DNA of 64,000 nucleotides from an uncultured Actinomycetota bacterium (GTDB taxonomy: Bacteria; Actinomycetota; Actinomycetes; S36-B12; UBA10799). Position 1 is the first letter of the stretch. Each line of letters starts with the position of its first letter. The translations under genes and the position numbers were made by a program. The stretch lies in the NCBI GenBank assembly GCA_963732355.1, contig CAVSZD010000011.1, forward strand, positions 1,645 through 65,644, in the 5' to 3' direction. Of this stretch, positions 32,032 through 41,327 are shown one piece after another. Below the pieces are notes generated by a model. The model made no database searches. It was given only the letters and a program-made list of their open reading frames with translations, and had not been told where the DNA came from.

Positions 32032-33198
32032 ATGCCCACCGCTCCCCTGGATCTGTTCGCGATCGACACGTTGCTGTCCGAGGAAGAGATCGCAATGCGC
32101 GATGTCGTTCGCAGCTACGTCGACAAGCGGATCAAGCCCGACGTGGGCGACTGGTTCGACACCGGCGCACTGCCCGTCCGGGAGTTGGCCCAGGAACTCG
32201 GTGATCTCGGGGTTCTGGGCATGCACCTCGAGGGTTACGGATGCGCCGGGACATCGGCCGTGGCCTACGGCTTGGCTTGCACTGAGCTAGAGGCCGGGGA
32301 CTCCGGGATCCGGTCTTTGGTCAGCGTGCAGGGGTCACTGGCGATGTTCGCCATCCACCACTTCGGCTCGCAGGAGCAGAAGCAGCGGTGGTTGCCGGAG
32401 ATGGCCGCGGGCCGCGCCATCGGCTGCTTCGGGCTGACTGAGGCCGACTTCGGCTCCAACCCCAGCGGCATGCGCACCCAGGCCCGTCGTGACGGCGATG
32501 ACTGGGTCCTCAACGGCTCCAAGATGTGGATCACCAACGGCAACGTGGCCGATGTCGCAGTCGTCTGGGCGCAGACCGACGCGGGGATCCGCGGCTTCGT
32601 GGTACCCACCGACACGCCTGGCTTCACCGCCAACGAGATCCACAAGAAGATGTCGCTGCGGGCGTCAGTGACCAGCGAGCTCGTTCTGCAAGACGTTCGA
32701 CTGCCGGCCAGCGCGATCTTGCCCGAGGCGAAGGGCCTGCGCGGCCCGCTCTCCTGCCTCAACGAGGCACGCTTCGGCATCGCGTTCGGAACAGTGGGCG
32801 CCGCCCGCGACTGCCTGGAGACGACCATCGCGTACTCCGTTGATCGTGTGCAGTTCGACAGGCCGATCGCCGGCTACCAGCTCACGCAGAAGAAGCTCGC
32901 CGACATGGCGCTCGAACTCGGCAAGGCGATGCTGCTGGCCTTGCACCTTGGGCGACTGAAGGACCAGCACCAGATCAGCTCCGAGCAGGTCAGCCTGGGC
33001 AAACTCAACAACGCCCGGGAGGCTCTTAACATCGCGCGGGAGTGCCGCGGCATCCTCGGCGGCAACGGCATCACTTTGGAATACCCCATCATCCGGCACA
33101 TGAACAACCTGGAGTCCGTGTACACCTACGAGGGGACCAACGAGATGCACACGTTGGTGATCGGTCAAGCACTGACGGGTCTGCCCGCGTTCCGATGA
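32032..33198 (+). CDS. Glutaryl-CoA dehydrogenase-like acyl-CoA dehydrogenase
   Basis: ELEAGDSGIRSLVSVQGSL, CFGLTEADFGSNP, GSKMWITN, NLESVYTYEGT; SD AAGGAG. Confidence 0.9.
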   Translation: MPTAPLDLFAIDTLLSEEEIAMRDVVRSYVDKRIKPDVGDWFDTGALPVRELAQELGDLGVLGMHLEGYGCAGTSAVAYGLACTELEAGDSGIRSLVSVQGSLAMFAIHHFGSQEQKQRWLPEMAAGRAIGCFGLTEADFGSNPSGMRTQARRDGDDWVLNGSKMWITNGNVADVAVVWAQTDAGIRGFVVPTDTPGFTANEIHKKMSLRASVTSELVLQDVRLPASAILPEAKGLRGPLSCLNEARFGIAFGTVGAARDCLETTIAYSVDRVQFDRPIAGYQLTQKKLADMALELGKAMLLALHLGRLKDQHQISSEQVSLGKLNNAREALNIARECRGILGGNGITLEYPIIRHMNNLESVYTYEGTNEMHTLVIGQALTGLPAFR

Positions 33199-33818
33199 CG
33201 CACATCGCCGATCGCATCCGCACGGACCTGCTCACCGGCGATCTCGTGTCAGGTCAGAAGATCGTGCAGGAGTCACTGGCCGCGCACTACGGGGTCAGCC
33301 GGATCCCTTTGCGCGAGGCCCTCAACGAACTGGCCGCCGAGGGCCTAGTGGTGCACGAGCCCAACCGCGGCTACTTCGTCGCTCGCTTGAGCGCCGCGGA
33401 CATGCGGGAGGTCTACCGCCTGCGGCAACTGCTGGAGGATGAGGCAATCGCATTGGCCTGCCCGCAACTGAGCGATGCTGACATCGACCGGATCGCGGCA
33501 TTGGCGCAGGACTGCGAGGCAGCGATGGCCGACGGTGACCTGTCGACCATCGCCGCCACCAATAGGGCCTTCCACTTCGCGGTATTCGACGCGGCCGGGA
33601 TGCCCCGGCTCAGTCGCCTGCTCGGCAGCCTGTGGGACGCGACCCAGGCGTATAGACGCCTGTACTTCCTGCAGGAGGCCAACCACACCCACATCGGCCG
33701 GGAGCACCAGGAGTTGGTGTCCGCACTACGCCGCCGTGACGTGCGGGCAGCAGTGGCCGCGCAGGCCGAACACCGTGAACGGTCACTGGCGCAAGTCGGC
33801 GTACGGCTGGCCGGCTAG
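33195..33818 (+). CDS. GntR-family regulator (FCD domain)
   Basis: LAAHYGVSRIPLREAL HTH, NRAFH, EHQELV; ATGA overlap. Confidence 0.9.
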   Translation: MTHIADRIRTDLLTGDLVSGQKIVQESLAAHYGVSRIPLREALNELAAEGLVVHEPNRGYFVARLSAADMREVYRLRQLLEDEAIALACPQLSDADIDRIAALAQDCEAAMADGDLSTIAATNRAFHFAVFDAAGMPRLSRLLGSLWDATQAYRRLYFLQEANHTHIGREHQELVSALRRRDVRAAVAAQAEHRERSLAQVGVRLAG

Positions 33819-33912
33819 CGATGCCTGCCGCTCGTCTGCTCACACCTGCCGTTCGTCCACCCCGGCGTCGCACGTGGTTCCAACTCCTGGGATCACCCAC
33901 CAAACTGATCGC

Positions 33913-35787
33913 ATGGGTGACTACCGGAGCACATATGAAAGAAGCCTTGCCGACCCCGATGCCTTCTGGGCCCAGGCGGCCGAGGAGATCACCTGGTCAC
34001 ACAAACCGACTGTGATCCTGGATCGGACCCATGAGCCGCTGTACCGATGGTTCTCCGACGGCACACTGAACACCTGCTACAACGCGGTCGACCGCCATGT
34101 CGAGGCGGGACGCGGAGAACAGCCCGCGATCCACTACGTCAGCCCGGTTACGCAGACCGACCGGACCTTGACCTACTCGCAGTTGCAGGACGAGGTTGCC
34201 CGGTTCGCTGGCGTATTGGCCGGCCTCGGAGTCGTGGCTGGGGATCGTGTGGTGCTGTCGATGCCGATGATTCCGCAGGCCGTCGTCGCCATGCTGGCCT
34301 GCGCCCGTCTGGGTGCTGTGCATTCAGTGGTCTTCGGTGGGTTCGCAGCCCATGAACTCGCCGCCCGCATCGACGACGCCGAACCGAAGGTGATCTTGTC
34401 GGCCTCGTGCGGCATCGAGCCGTCGCGGATCGTGCCCTACAAGCCCCTATTGGACGAAGCTCTCGAACTGTCCAGCCACTCCCCGGAGGCCTGCGTGATC
34501 CTGCAGCGCCCGCAACTACTGGCGCAGATGGGCGAGAAGGACCACAACTGGGACGGCTTGCTCGCAGCCGCGCAGCCGGTCGGGTGCACAACCGTCGCCG
34601 CAACAGATCCGCTCTACATCCTCTACACCTCCGGGACGACCGGGAAACCCAAAGGCGTGGTGCGCGACAACGGCGGACACGCAGTCGCGCTGTCCTGGTC
34701 GATGGCCAACATCTACGACATCGGCCCGGGTGACACGTGGTGGGCGGCCTCGGACGTGGGCTGGGTCGTCGGGCACTCCTACATCGTTTACGCACCTCTG
34801 CTCGTCGGCGCCACGACGGTGCTCTACGAAGGCAAGCCTGTGGGTACCCCCGATGCGGGCGCGTTCTGGAAGGTGATCGCCCAACACGGGGTGAAGGCGC
34901 TGTTCACCGCGCCCACCGCCATCCGTGCCATCCGCAAGGAGGACCCGCAAGGGTCACTCATCGCCGACCACGAAACCAGCAGTCTGCGCGCGCTCTTCCT
35001 GGCCGGCGAACGACTCGACCCCGACACCTATCACTGGGCCACCGAAGCACTCGGCGTGCCCGTGGTCGACAACTGGTGGCAGACCGAGACGGGCTGGCCG
35101 ATCGCGGCCAACCCTCGGGGACTGCAGCCATTGCCGCTCAAGGAGGGATCGCCGTCGGTTCCGGTGCCGGGCTACGACGTGCAGGTGCTCGACGGCGAGG
35201 GGCACCCCGTCCCGGCAGGCACGGAAGGCAACATCGTCATCAAACTCCCACTGCCCCCCGGAACGCTGCCGACTCTATGGAACGCCGACACCCGGTATGT
35301 CAACGGATACCTGTCAGCCTTTCCCGGTTACTACACGACCGGCGATGGCGGCTACATCGACGACGATGGCTACCTCTACGTGCTCGGCCGCACCGACGAT
35401 GTGATCAACGTTGCCGGCCACCGCCTGTCTACCGGCGTCATCGAAGCCGCGATCGCCACCCACCCCGCCGTCGCCGAGTGCGCCGTGATCGGTGTGCACG
35501 ACGCCATGAAAGGTCAGATCCCGCGCGCGTTCGTCGTGCTCAAGTCCGGGGTAGACGCCGACCCCGGCGCGTTGTCCCGCGAAGTGGTGGCAACTGTCCG
35601 CGACCAGGTCGGGCCGGTTGCGGCGCTCAAGGAGGTCGTCATCGTGCCGGGCCTGCCCAAGACCCGGTCCGGCAAGATCCTGCGCCGCACCATGCGCGGC
35701 ATCGCTGACGGCCGCGACGAGCCAGTTCCGTCGACGATCGAAGATATCCACGTACTCGAGGACATCACGCCATTCCTGAAAGGATGA
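33913..35787 (+). CDS. prpE: Propionyl-CoA synthetase
   Basis: LNTCYNAVDRH, YTSGTTGKPKG, DNWWQTETG, GRTDDVINVAGHRLS, PKTRSGK. Confidence 0.85.
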   Translation: MGDYRSTYERSLADPDAFWAQAAEEITWSHKPTVILDRTHEPLYRWFSDGTLNTCYNAVDRHVEAGRGEQPAIHYVSPVTQTDRTLTYSQLQDEVARFAGVLAGLGVVAGDRVVLSMPMIPQAVVAMLACARLGAVHSVVFGGFAAHELAARIDDAEPKVILSASCGIEPSRIVPYKPLLDEALELSSHSPEACVILQRPQLLAQMGEKDHNWDGLLAAAQPVGCTTVAATDPLYILYTSGTTGKPKGVVRDNGGHAVALSWSMANIYDIGPGDTWWAASDVGWVVGHSYIVYAPLLVGATTVLYEGKPVGTPDAGAFWKVIAQHGVKALFTAPTAIRAIRKEDPQGSLIADHETSSLRALFLAGERLDPDTYHWATEALGVPVVDNWWQTETGWPIAANPRGLQPLPLKEGSPSVPVPGYDVQVLDGEGHPVPAGTEGNIVIKLPLPPGTLPTLWNADTRYVNGYLSAFPGYYTTGDGGYIDDDGYLYVLGRTDDVINVAGHRLSTGVIEAAIATHPAVAECAVIGVHDAMKGQIPRAFVVLKSGVDADPGALSREVVATVRDQVGPVAALKEVVIVPGLPKTRSGKILRRTMRGIADGRDEPVPSTIEDIHVLEDITPFLKG

Positions 35788-35828
35788 TTCGGTCGACACC
35801 GCGTCCGGCCAGCGCCTACGTTGGTCGA

Positions 35829-37046
35829 ATGAGTACCACGTCGAAACTTGTCTGCACGTTGTCCGCGGCTGCCTTGGTAGGTGCTGGGGTGATCGCATCT
35901 CCGGCAACCGCGGCAGCACCGAGCAAGCCACTACCGGACTCCGCGATGAAGGTCATGACCCTCAACCTCTACCTCGGAGGTTCTTTGGGCGACGCGATCA
36001 CCGCGGCCACGAAGGGCATCATCGAGTTCCTGCCCGCAGCTGCGAAGGTCTACGACACAGCCGTCAAGACCGACTTCCCGCTGCGAGCACAGTGGATCGC
36101 CAAGACCATCAAGAAGCAGGACCCCGACGTCATCACACTCAACGAGGTGACCGAGTGGCTCGCGAGCAGCAGCACGGGCGTCGCGCTGCCGAGTTACGAG
36201 TTCCTCAGCATCCTGAAGGACGCCCTGATGGCCGAAGGTCTGTCCTTCGAGGTGGCCAGCATCAGCGACAACGCCGACATCGGCTACTCCCCCACCTTGG
36301 GCATCCCGTACTACAAGCCGAGCCTTCCCGGGTGCGACAAGATCCTGCCCCTCGAGGATGCCTTCCGTTGCCAGGTGCGGCTCAAGGACCGCGACGTGAT
36401 CATGTACAACACAGCGAGCACGGACCTGACCTTCAGCGGCACGGCGGACCACGGCAACTTCCAGAAGCAGACCACCTTCACCGTGGCCGACGCGAAGTTG
36501 TCCTTCGAACGTGGATGGGCCTCAGCGGCCTTCGTCTGGCGGGGCAAGCCCGTCAGCGTGGTCACCTCCCACCTCGAGGTCGAGTCCCAGGACAAGAAGG
36601 GCAAGAAGGGCGCTTACGGGCCCCGCAACTGGCCCTCGAAGGTGCAGGTCGCACAGGGCAAGGAACTTCTTGCCATCTCCAAGCAGAAGGCCAGCCAGAC
36701 TCAAGGCCGCGTCATCCTCGCCGGCGACCTGAACAGCGACGCGAACGGCTACTACAGCCCGACCTACCGCAACCTGACCCGCAAGTACTTCAAGGACTCC
36801 TGGAAACAGGCCGGAGGCAAGTTCGGCAAGGCCGTGGGCGCGACCTGCTGCCAGACCGGCACCCTGAAGAGCAGTAAGCGTCTGGACTCCGGCGACCCAG
36901 TGATCCCCACGCGCATCGATCTGGTCCTGACCCGCAAGGCAAAGGCGGTCTGGACGAAGATCGATGGCACCAAGCTGATGCAGAAGAAGCAGCCGAAGTG
37001 GCAGTCGGACCACTACTTCTACGCCGCTGCGGTCAACCTGAAGTAG
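35829..37046 (+). CDS. Secreted endonuclease/exonuclease/phosphatase-family protein
   Basis: Signal peptide; VMTLNL, PDVITLNE, SHLE, AGDLNS, RIDLV, SDH. Confidence 0.85.
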   Translation: MSTTSKLVCTLSAAALVGAGVIASPATAAAPSKPLPDSAMKVMTLNLYLGGSLGDAITAATKGIIEFLPAAAKVYDTAVKTDFPLRAQWIAKTIKKQDPDVITLNEVTEWLASSSTGVALPSYEFLSILKDALMAEGLSFEVASISDNADIGYSPTLGIPYYKPSLPGCDKILPLEDAFRCQVRLKDRDVIMYNTASTDLTFSGTADHGNFQKQTTFTVADAKLSFERGWASAAFVWRGKPVSVVTSHLEVESQDKKGKKGAYGPRNWPSKVQVAQGKELLAISKQKASQTQGRVILAGDLNSDANGYYSPTYRNLTRKYFKDSWKQAGGKFGKAVGATCCQTGTLKSSKRLDSGDPVIPTRIDLVLTRKAKAVWTKIDGTKLMQKKQPKWQSDHYFYAAAVNLK

Positions 37047-37144
37047 GCAGCAGCGAAACAATCAACCGGGACAAAACACGACATTTGTCGTTCGAGTCAC
37101 AGGTGAACCGAACATGAATCGGTGGTGAACGCTACTCTTCCCCC

Positions 37145-38774
37145 GTGGCGGCAGACTCAGAGCTCATCGCGGAGACCAAGAGTTCCATCTTCGCGACGAG
37201 GAACGTCATCGCAGGCATCTCGGTGGGCGCCTACCTGATCCCACAGGCGATGGCCTACGGCTCGCTGGCCGGCGTCACGCCATCGGCAAGCCTCACGATC
37301 TCGATCGTGCCGCTGGTGGTCTACATGCTTCTGGGCCGCAACCCCTACATGTCGCTGGGTCCGGAGTCGACCGTGGCGCTGATGGCCGCCGCGGCGGTCG
37401 GACCAGTCGCAGCAGCGAACAACATCCCCTGGACCAGTGCGCTGGCCATCACGACAACCCTTGTCGGCGTGATCCTTGGGATCGGCTGGCTCTTGCGGGC
37501 GTCCTTCCTCGCGGATCTGCTGTCGAACCCGATTCTGATCGGATACCTCACAGGCGTCGCGGTGTTGATGATCATGTCGCAGTTGTCCAAGATCCTTGGC
37601 TACGACGTCGATGGCGACTCGCTTGGCGGCCTGTTTGCGACGGACTGGCAGATGCCGAACTGGCAAACGGTAGCCGTGGCAGCAGTGGTGGTCGCGGTGG
37701 CGTTCGGCTGTCGTGCGATCTCCCCCCGCATACCGGGACCGCTTTTCGGGCTGATCGCAGCCACCATCGTCGGGGTCTTCATGGACATCCCCAATGTTGG
37801 TCCCGTCAGCCTCTCCATGCCTGAGATCGGGCTGTCGGGGCAATCGCTGGATGTCGTGGCCGCGCTGGCGCTGCCCGCCTTGAGTATCGCCGTGGTGGCC
37901 TTCACCGACGTGATGGTGACCTCCCGTGCCTTCGCCGGTGATGCCCAGCCGGACGCTCGTCGCGAGATGAAGGCGTTGGCCGGCACCCAACTGGCCAGCG
38001 GGCTTGCCGGTGGCTATCCGATGTCGGCGTCCTCGTCACGAACGGCTCTGGCCTACGCCTCCGGCTCAACCACCCGGTTCTACTCGATTTTCGTGATCGC
38101 GGTGATTCTGGCCGGGCCGCTTGCTGATCCCCGGGGTCATCGGTGCGGTTCCCAACGCCGCCCTCGCCGGCGTTATCGTGTACGCGGCCCTGACGTTGAT
38201 AGACATCGGTGCCTGGAGCGCACTGGCCCACTTCCGCCTGGCAGAGGTCTCCATCGCTGCTGCCTGCGCGATCAGCGTGGTGGTCTTCGGGATTCTCCCC
38301 GGTGTACTCATCTCCATCGTGCTGTCCATTGTTGAGTTCATCGCCCGGCTGGCCCGGCCGCACGACGGGGTACTCGGATTCGTAGAGAATCTGCCCGGAA
38401 TGCACGACGTCGACGACTACGACAGCCCCTCGACGATCCCGGGCCTGGTGGTGTTCCGGTACGACGCTCCCCTGTTCTTCATGAACGCTTACGACTTCTT
38501 CTACAAGGTCAACGATGCAGTCGAGCCCGACACTGAAGTGATCATCCTCAATATGGAAGCAAACGTGGAACTGGACACCACTGCTCTGAACGTTCTGGCG
38601 GATCTGCACAACTCATTGGACGACCGGGGCATCGAACTCTGGCTGGCACGGGTCAAGAACGACGTCCTCATCCCGATGCAGGACCACGGAGTAGCCGAAC
38701 TCATCGGCGAGAACCACATGTACCCAACGCTGCCGACCGCGGTTGAGGCCTACCGCAGCCTTCACGCCGACTGA
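37145..38774 (+). CDS. SulP-family anion transporter with STAS domain (frameshift ~38120)
   Basis: IPQAMAYGSLAG, GPES, SASSSRT; STAS FRYDAPLFFMN, ELDTTA. Confidence 0.9.
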
Positions 38775-38776
38775 AC

Positions 38777-39511
38777 TCAGACCCGCGCCACCCGAGCCAG
38801 GAAGGTCCGGGTCTGTTCGCATGACGGCTGACCGAACAGCTGCGCGGGCGGGGCCTGCTCCAGCACCCGGCCGTCATGAAGGAAACAGACCTGATCCGCG
38901 ACCTCCTGAGCGAAGGCCATTTCGTGAGTGGCCATCACGATGGTCATTCCCTCGGCCTTCAACTCACGGATGACGTCGAGTACCTCACCTACGAGTAGCG
39001 GGTCAAGAGCCGACGTGACCTCGTCGAAGAGCATGACCTCGGGTTTCATCGCAAGAGCCCGCACGATCGCCACCCGTTGTTGCTGGCCGCCTGAGAGCCG
39101 GTCGGGGTAATCGTCGGCCTTGCCGGCCAGACCGAACCTGCCGAGCAGTTCGCGCGCCTGCTCCTCTGCGGCCGCACGCGGCAGTCTCAGAACCTTGCGA
39201 GGCCCAAGGGTCACGTTGTCGAGCACGGACATGTGGGGAAACAGGTTGAACTGCTGAAAGACGATACCCACCCTGCGCCGCACCTGGTCGAGATCCACGC
39301 GGGGGGCTGTGACCTCGATCTGGTCAACCGAGATCTCCCCTGCGTCCACGGTCTCAAGGCCGTTGATGCAACGCAGCAACGTCGACTTGCCCGAGCCGGA
39401 GGCTCCGATCAGCACGACCACTTCATGTGAGTCCACCACGAGATCCAGGCCGCGCAACACACACAGGTCACCGAACGACTTGTGCACGCCGGACACTTCG
39501 ACAAGGCTCAC
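38777..39511 (-). CDS. Amino-acid ABC transporter ATP-binding protein
   Basis: GASGSGKST, FNLFPH, LSGGQQQR, FDEVTSALDP, THEM. Confidence 0.92.
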   Translation of the reverse strand: MSLVEVSGVHKSFGDLCVLRGLDLVVDSHEVVVLIGASGSGKSTLLRCINGLETVDAGEISVDQIEVTAPRVDLDQVRRRVGIVFQQFNLFPHMSVLDNVTLGPRKVLRLPRAAAEEQARELLGRFGLAGKADDYPDRLSGGQQQRVAIVRALAMKPEVMLFDEVTSALDPLLVGEVLDVIRELKAEGMTIVMATHEMAFAQEVADQVCFLHDGRVLEQAPPAQLFGQPSCEQTRTFLARVARV

Positions 39512-40380
39512 AGCGCACCTGCCATCCGGCGTCGGATGTCACGGCGCTGCAGCCAGTCCGTGAACCTGGTGAGCGGCAAGGTGATGGCCACGAACATCAG
39601 TGCGGCCACGACGTACGCGGTGTAGTTGAAGTTCGATGACGCGCTGATCTGCGCGGCGCGCAGCACCTCGATCGGACCGAGCAGCGAGACTAGTGCCGTC
39701 TCCTTCTGCAGGGCGATGAAGTCGTTGAGCAACGGCGGCGTGACGCGGCGCACCGCTTGGGGAAGGACGACGTAGCGGGTGGTCTGCAGCGACGACAGTC
39801 CCAGCGATCGAGCGGCCGCGCGCTGCGACGGGTGGATGGATTCGATGCCAGCCCGGTAGACCTCTGCCACATATGCCGTGTAGCTCAAGATGAGGGCCAC
39901 AGTCCCCCAAACCACCGGGGAGTTGGTCAGGCCCTTGAGTTGAAGGGCGGGGACCCCGAACCCGAGCAGCAGGATCACCAGGATCGTGGGCACACCGCGG
40001 AAGAAGTCGACGTAGGCCGTGGCGATGATCCGCAGCGGCAGCGCAGCAGGGGCCCGCAGGCCACGTCCGAGGGCAATGAGCAGGGCAAGGATCAGGATGA
40101 AGAATTCGGCGACCAAGAAGATCTTGATGTTGAGAACGAAGGCACTGATCAGGGTCGGCCAGGCCGCGACGGCTTCATCCCAGTTGAAGAACGTCTCCTG
40201 GACCTTCGGCCACCCAGGCGAAGACGTAATGAGGTAGCCCAGAATCGCAAACACCAGAACCGTCGAGACGCTGGCGATAAGAGCATCCCGTCGGGACCTC
40301 GATCTCGAACGGGCTCGTCTGGCCGGATCGACGTAGGGCAAGTCGGGCGCCTCCAAGGGCGCTTCGGCGGGTGTGGTCAT
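39508..40380 (-). CDS. Amino-acid ABC transporter permease
   Basis: YVDFFRGVP, AYVAEVYRAGIESI, LPQAVRR. Confidence 0.92.
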   Translation of the reverse strand: MTTPAEAPLEAPDLPYVDPARRARSRSRSRRDALIASVSTVLVFAILGYLITSSPGWPKVQETFFNWDEAVAAWPTLISAFVLNIKIFLVAEFFILILALLIALGRGLRAPAALPLRIIATAYVDFFRGVPTILVILLLGFGVPALQLKGLTNSPVVWGTVALILSYTAYVAEVYRAGIESIHPSQRAAARSLGLSSLQTTRYVVLPQAVRRVTPPLLNDFIALQKETALVSLLGPIEVLRAAQISASSNFNYTAYVVAALMFVAITLPLTRFTDWLQRRDIRRRMAGAL

Positions 40381-40383
40381 CTG

Positions 40384-41250
40384 CTACTCGGTGAAGTAAG
40401 GGGCATCCTTACCCACGAGCCACTCATCCTGGATCGCCTGGAGTTCCCCGGACTCATCCAGTGAGGTGATCGCCTGGTTGATGCACGGGACGAGCGGGCT
40501 GCCCTTGGCCATCAACAGACCGAACTGTTCGCCGCCGTCCTGAGCCGGGAACTGACCGACGATCTTGGCATTGTCGAACTCGGCAGCCGTCACGTAGTAA
40601 GCAGTCGGAAGGTCGACCACGATCCCATCGATCTGGCCGGCCTCCAGCGCGCTCTTGGCGTCGTTGGTGTCGTTGTAGACCATCGGCTGCTGGGTCGGCT
40701 GGATCTGGTCGTTGATGAAGTCGAGGCTGGTCGTGCCGACCTGTGCGCCGAGCTTGGCGTCCTGCAGTTCGGCAAGGGTGGTCGCGTCGGCGATCGGTGA
40801 GTCCTCCAGCGCCACCACGGCCTGATTTACCGTGTAGTACCCCTCGGAGAAGTCCACCGCCTTCTGGCGCTTCGGCGTGATCGAGATCTGATTGATGTCG
40901 AAGTCGAAGTCCTTGGCCCCCGGCGCGTAGGACTTGTTGAAGGGAACGGTCACCCATGTGACCTGCTCCTGGGTGAATCCGAGGTTCTCCGCCACGGCGT
41001 AGGCCACGGCGGACTCGAAGCCCTTGCCATTGCTCGGGTCGTCGTCCTCGAAGTAGGGCGGGTAGGCCGGGGTATCGGTGCCGATCGTCAGCGTCCCCGG
41101 GGTCAGGGTCTGTAGAGCCTCGGGCGAGCAGTCAAGGTCGGCCGCCGGACTGGCCGACGGGCTGGAGGTCGCGGTGTCGGCCTCGCTGGCACAGCCGCAG
41201 AGCACAAGGGCTGCCACTGCGGCCACGGGCAGGAACAGGGAACGGCGCAT
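40384..41250 (-). CDS. Amino-acid ABC transporter substrate-binding lipoprotein
   Basis: Lipobox LCGC; YPPY, GFES, ISITPKRQKAVDFS, GAQVGTT. Confidence 0.9.
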   Translation of the reverse strand: MRRSLFLPVAAVAALVLCGCASEADTATSSPSASPAADLDCSPEALQTLTPGTLTIGTDTPAYPPYFEDDDPSNGKGFESAVAYAVAENLGFTQEQVTWVTVPFNKSYAPGAKDFDFDINQISITPKRQKAVDFSEGYYTVNQAVVALEDSPIADATTLAELQDAKLGAQVGTTSLDFINDQIQPTQQPMVYNDTNDAKSALEAGQIDGIVVDLPTAYYVTAAEFDNAKIVGQFPAQDGGEQFGLLMAKGSPLVPCINQAITSLDESGELQAIQDEWLVGKDAPYFTE

Positions 41251-41327
41251 GAGGATTCCTATCGACTTCGGTGAGACCATCGTGCCGCATGCCTCCCGCT
41301 GGTGGCACAAGCCCCGCTGCTTTGCGC

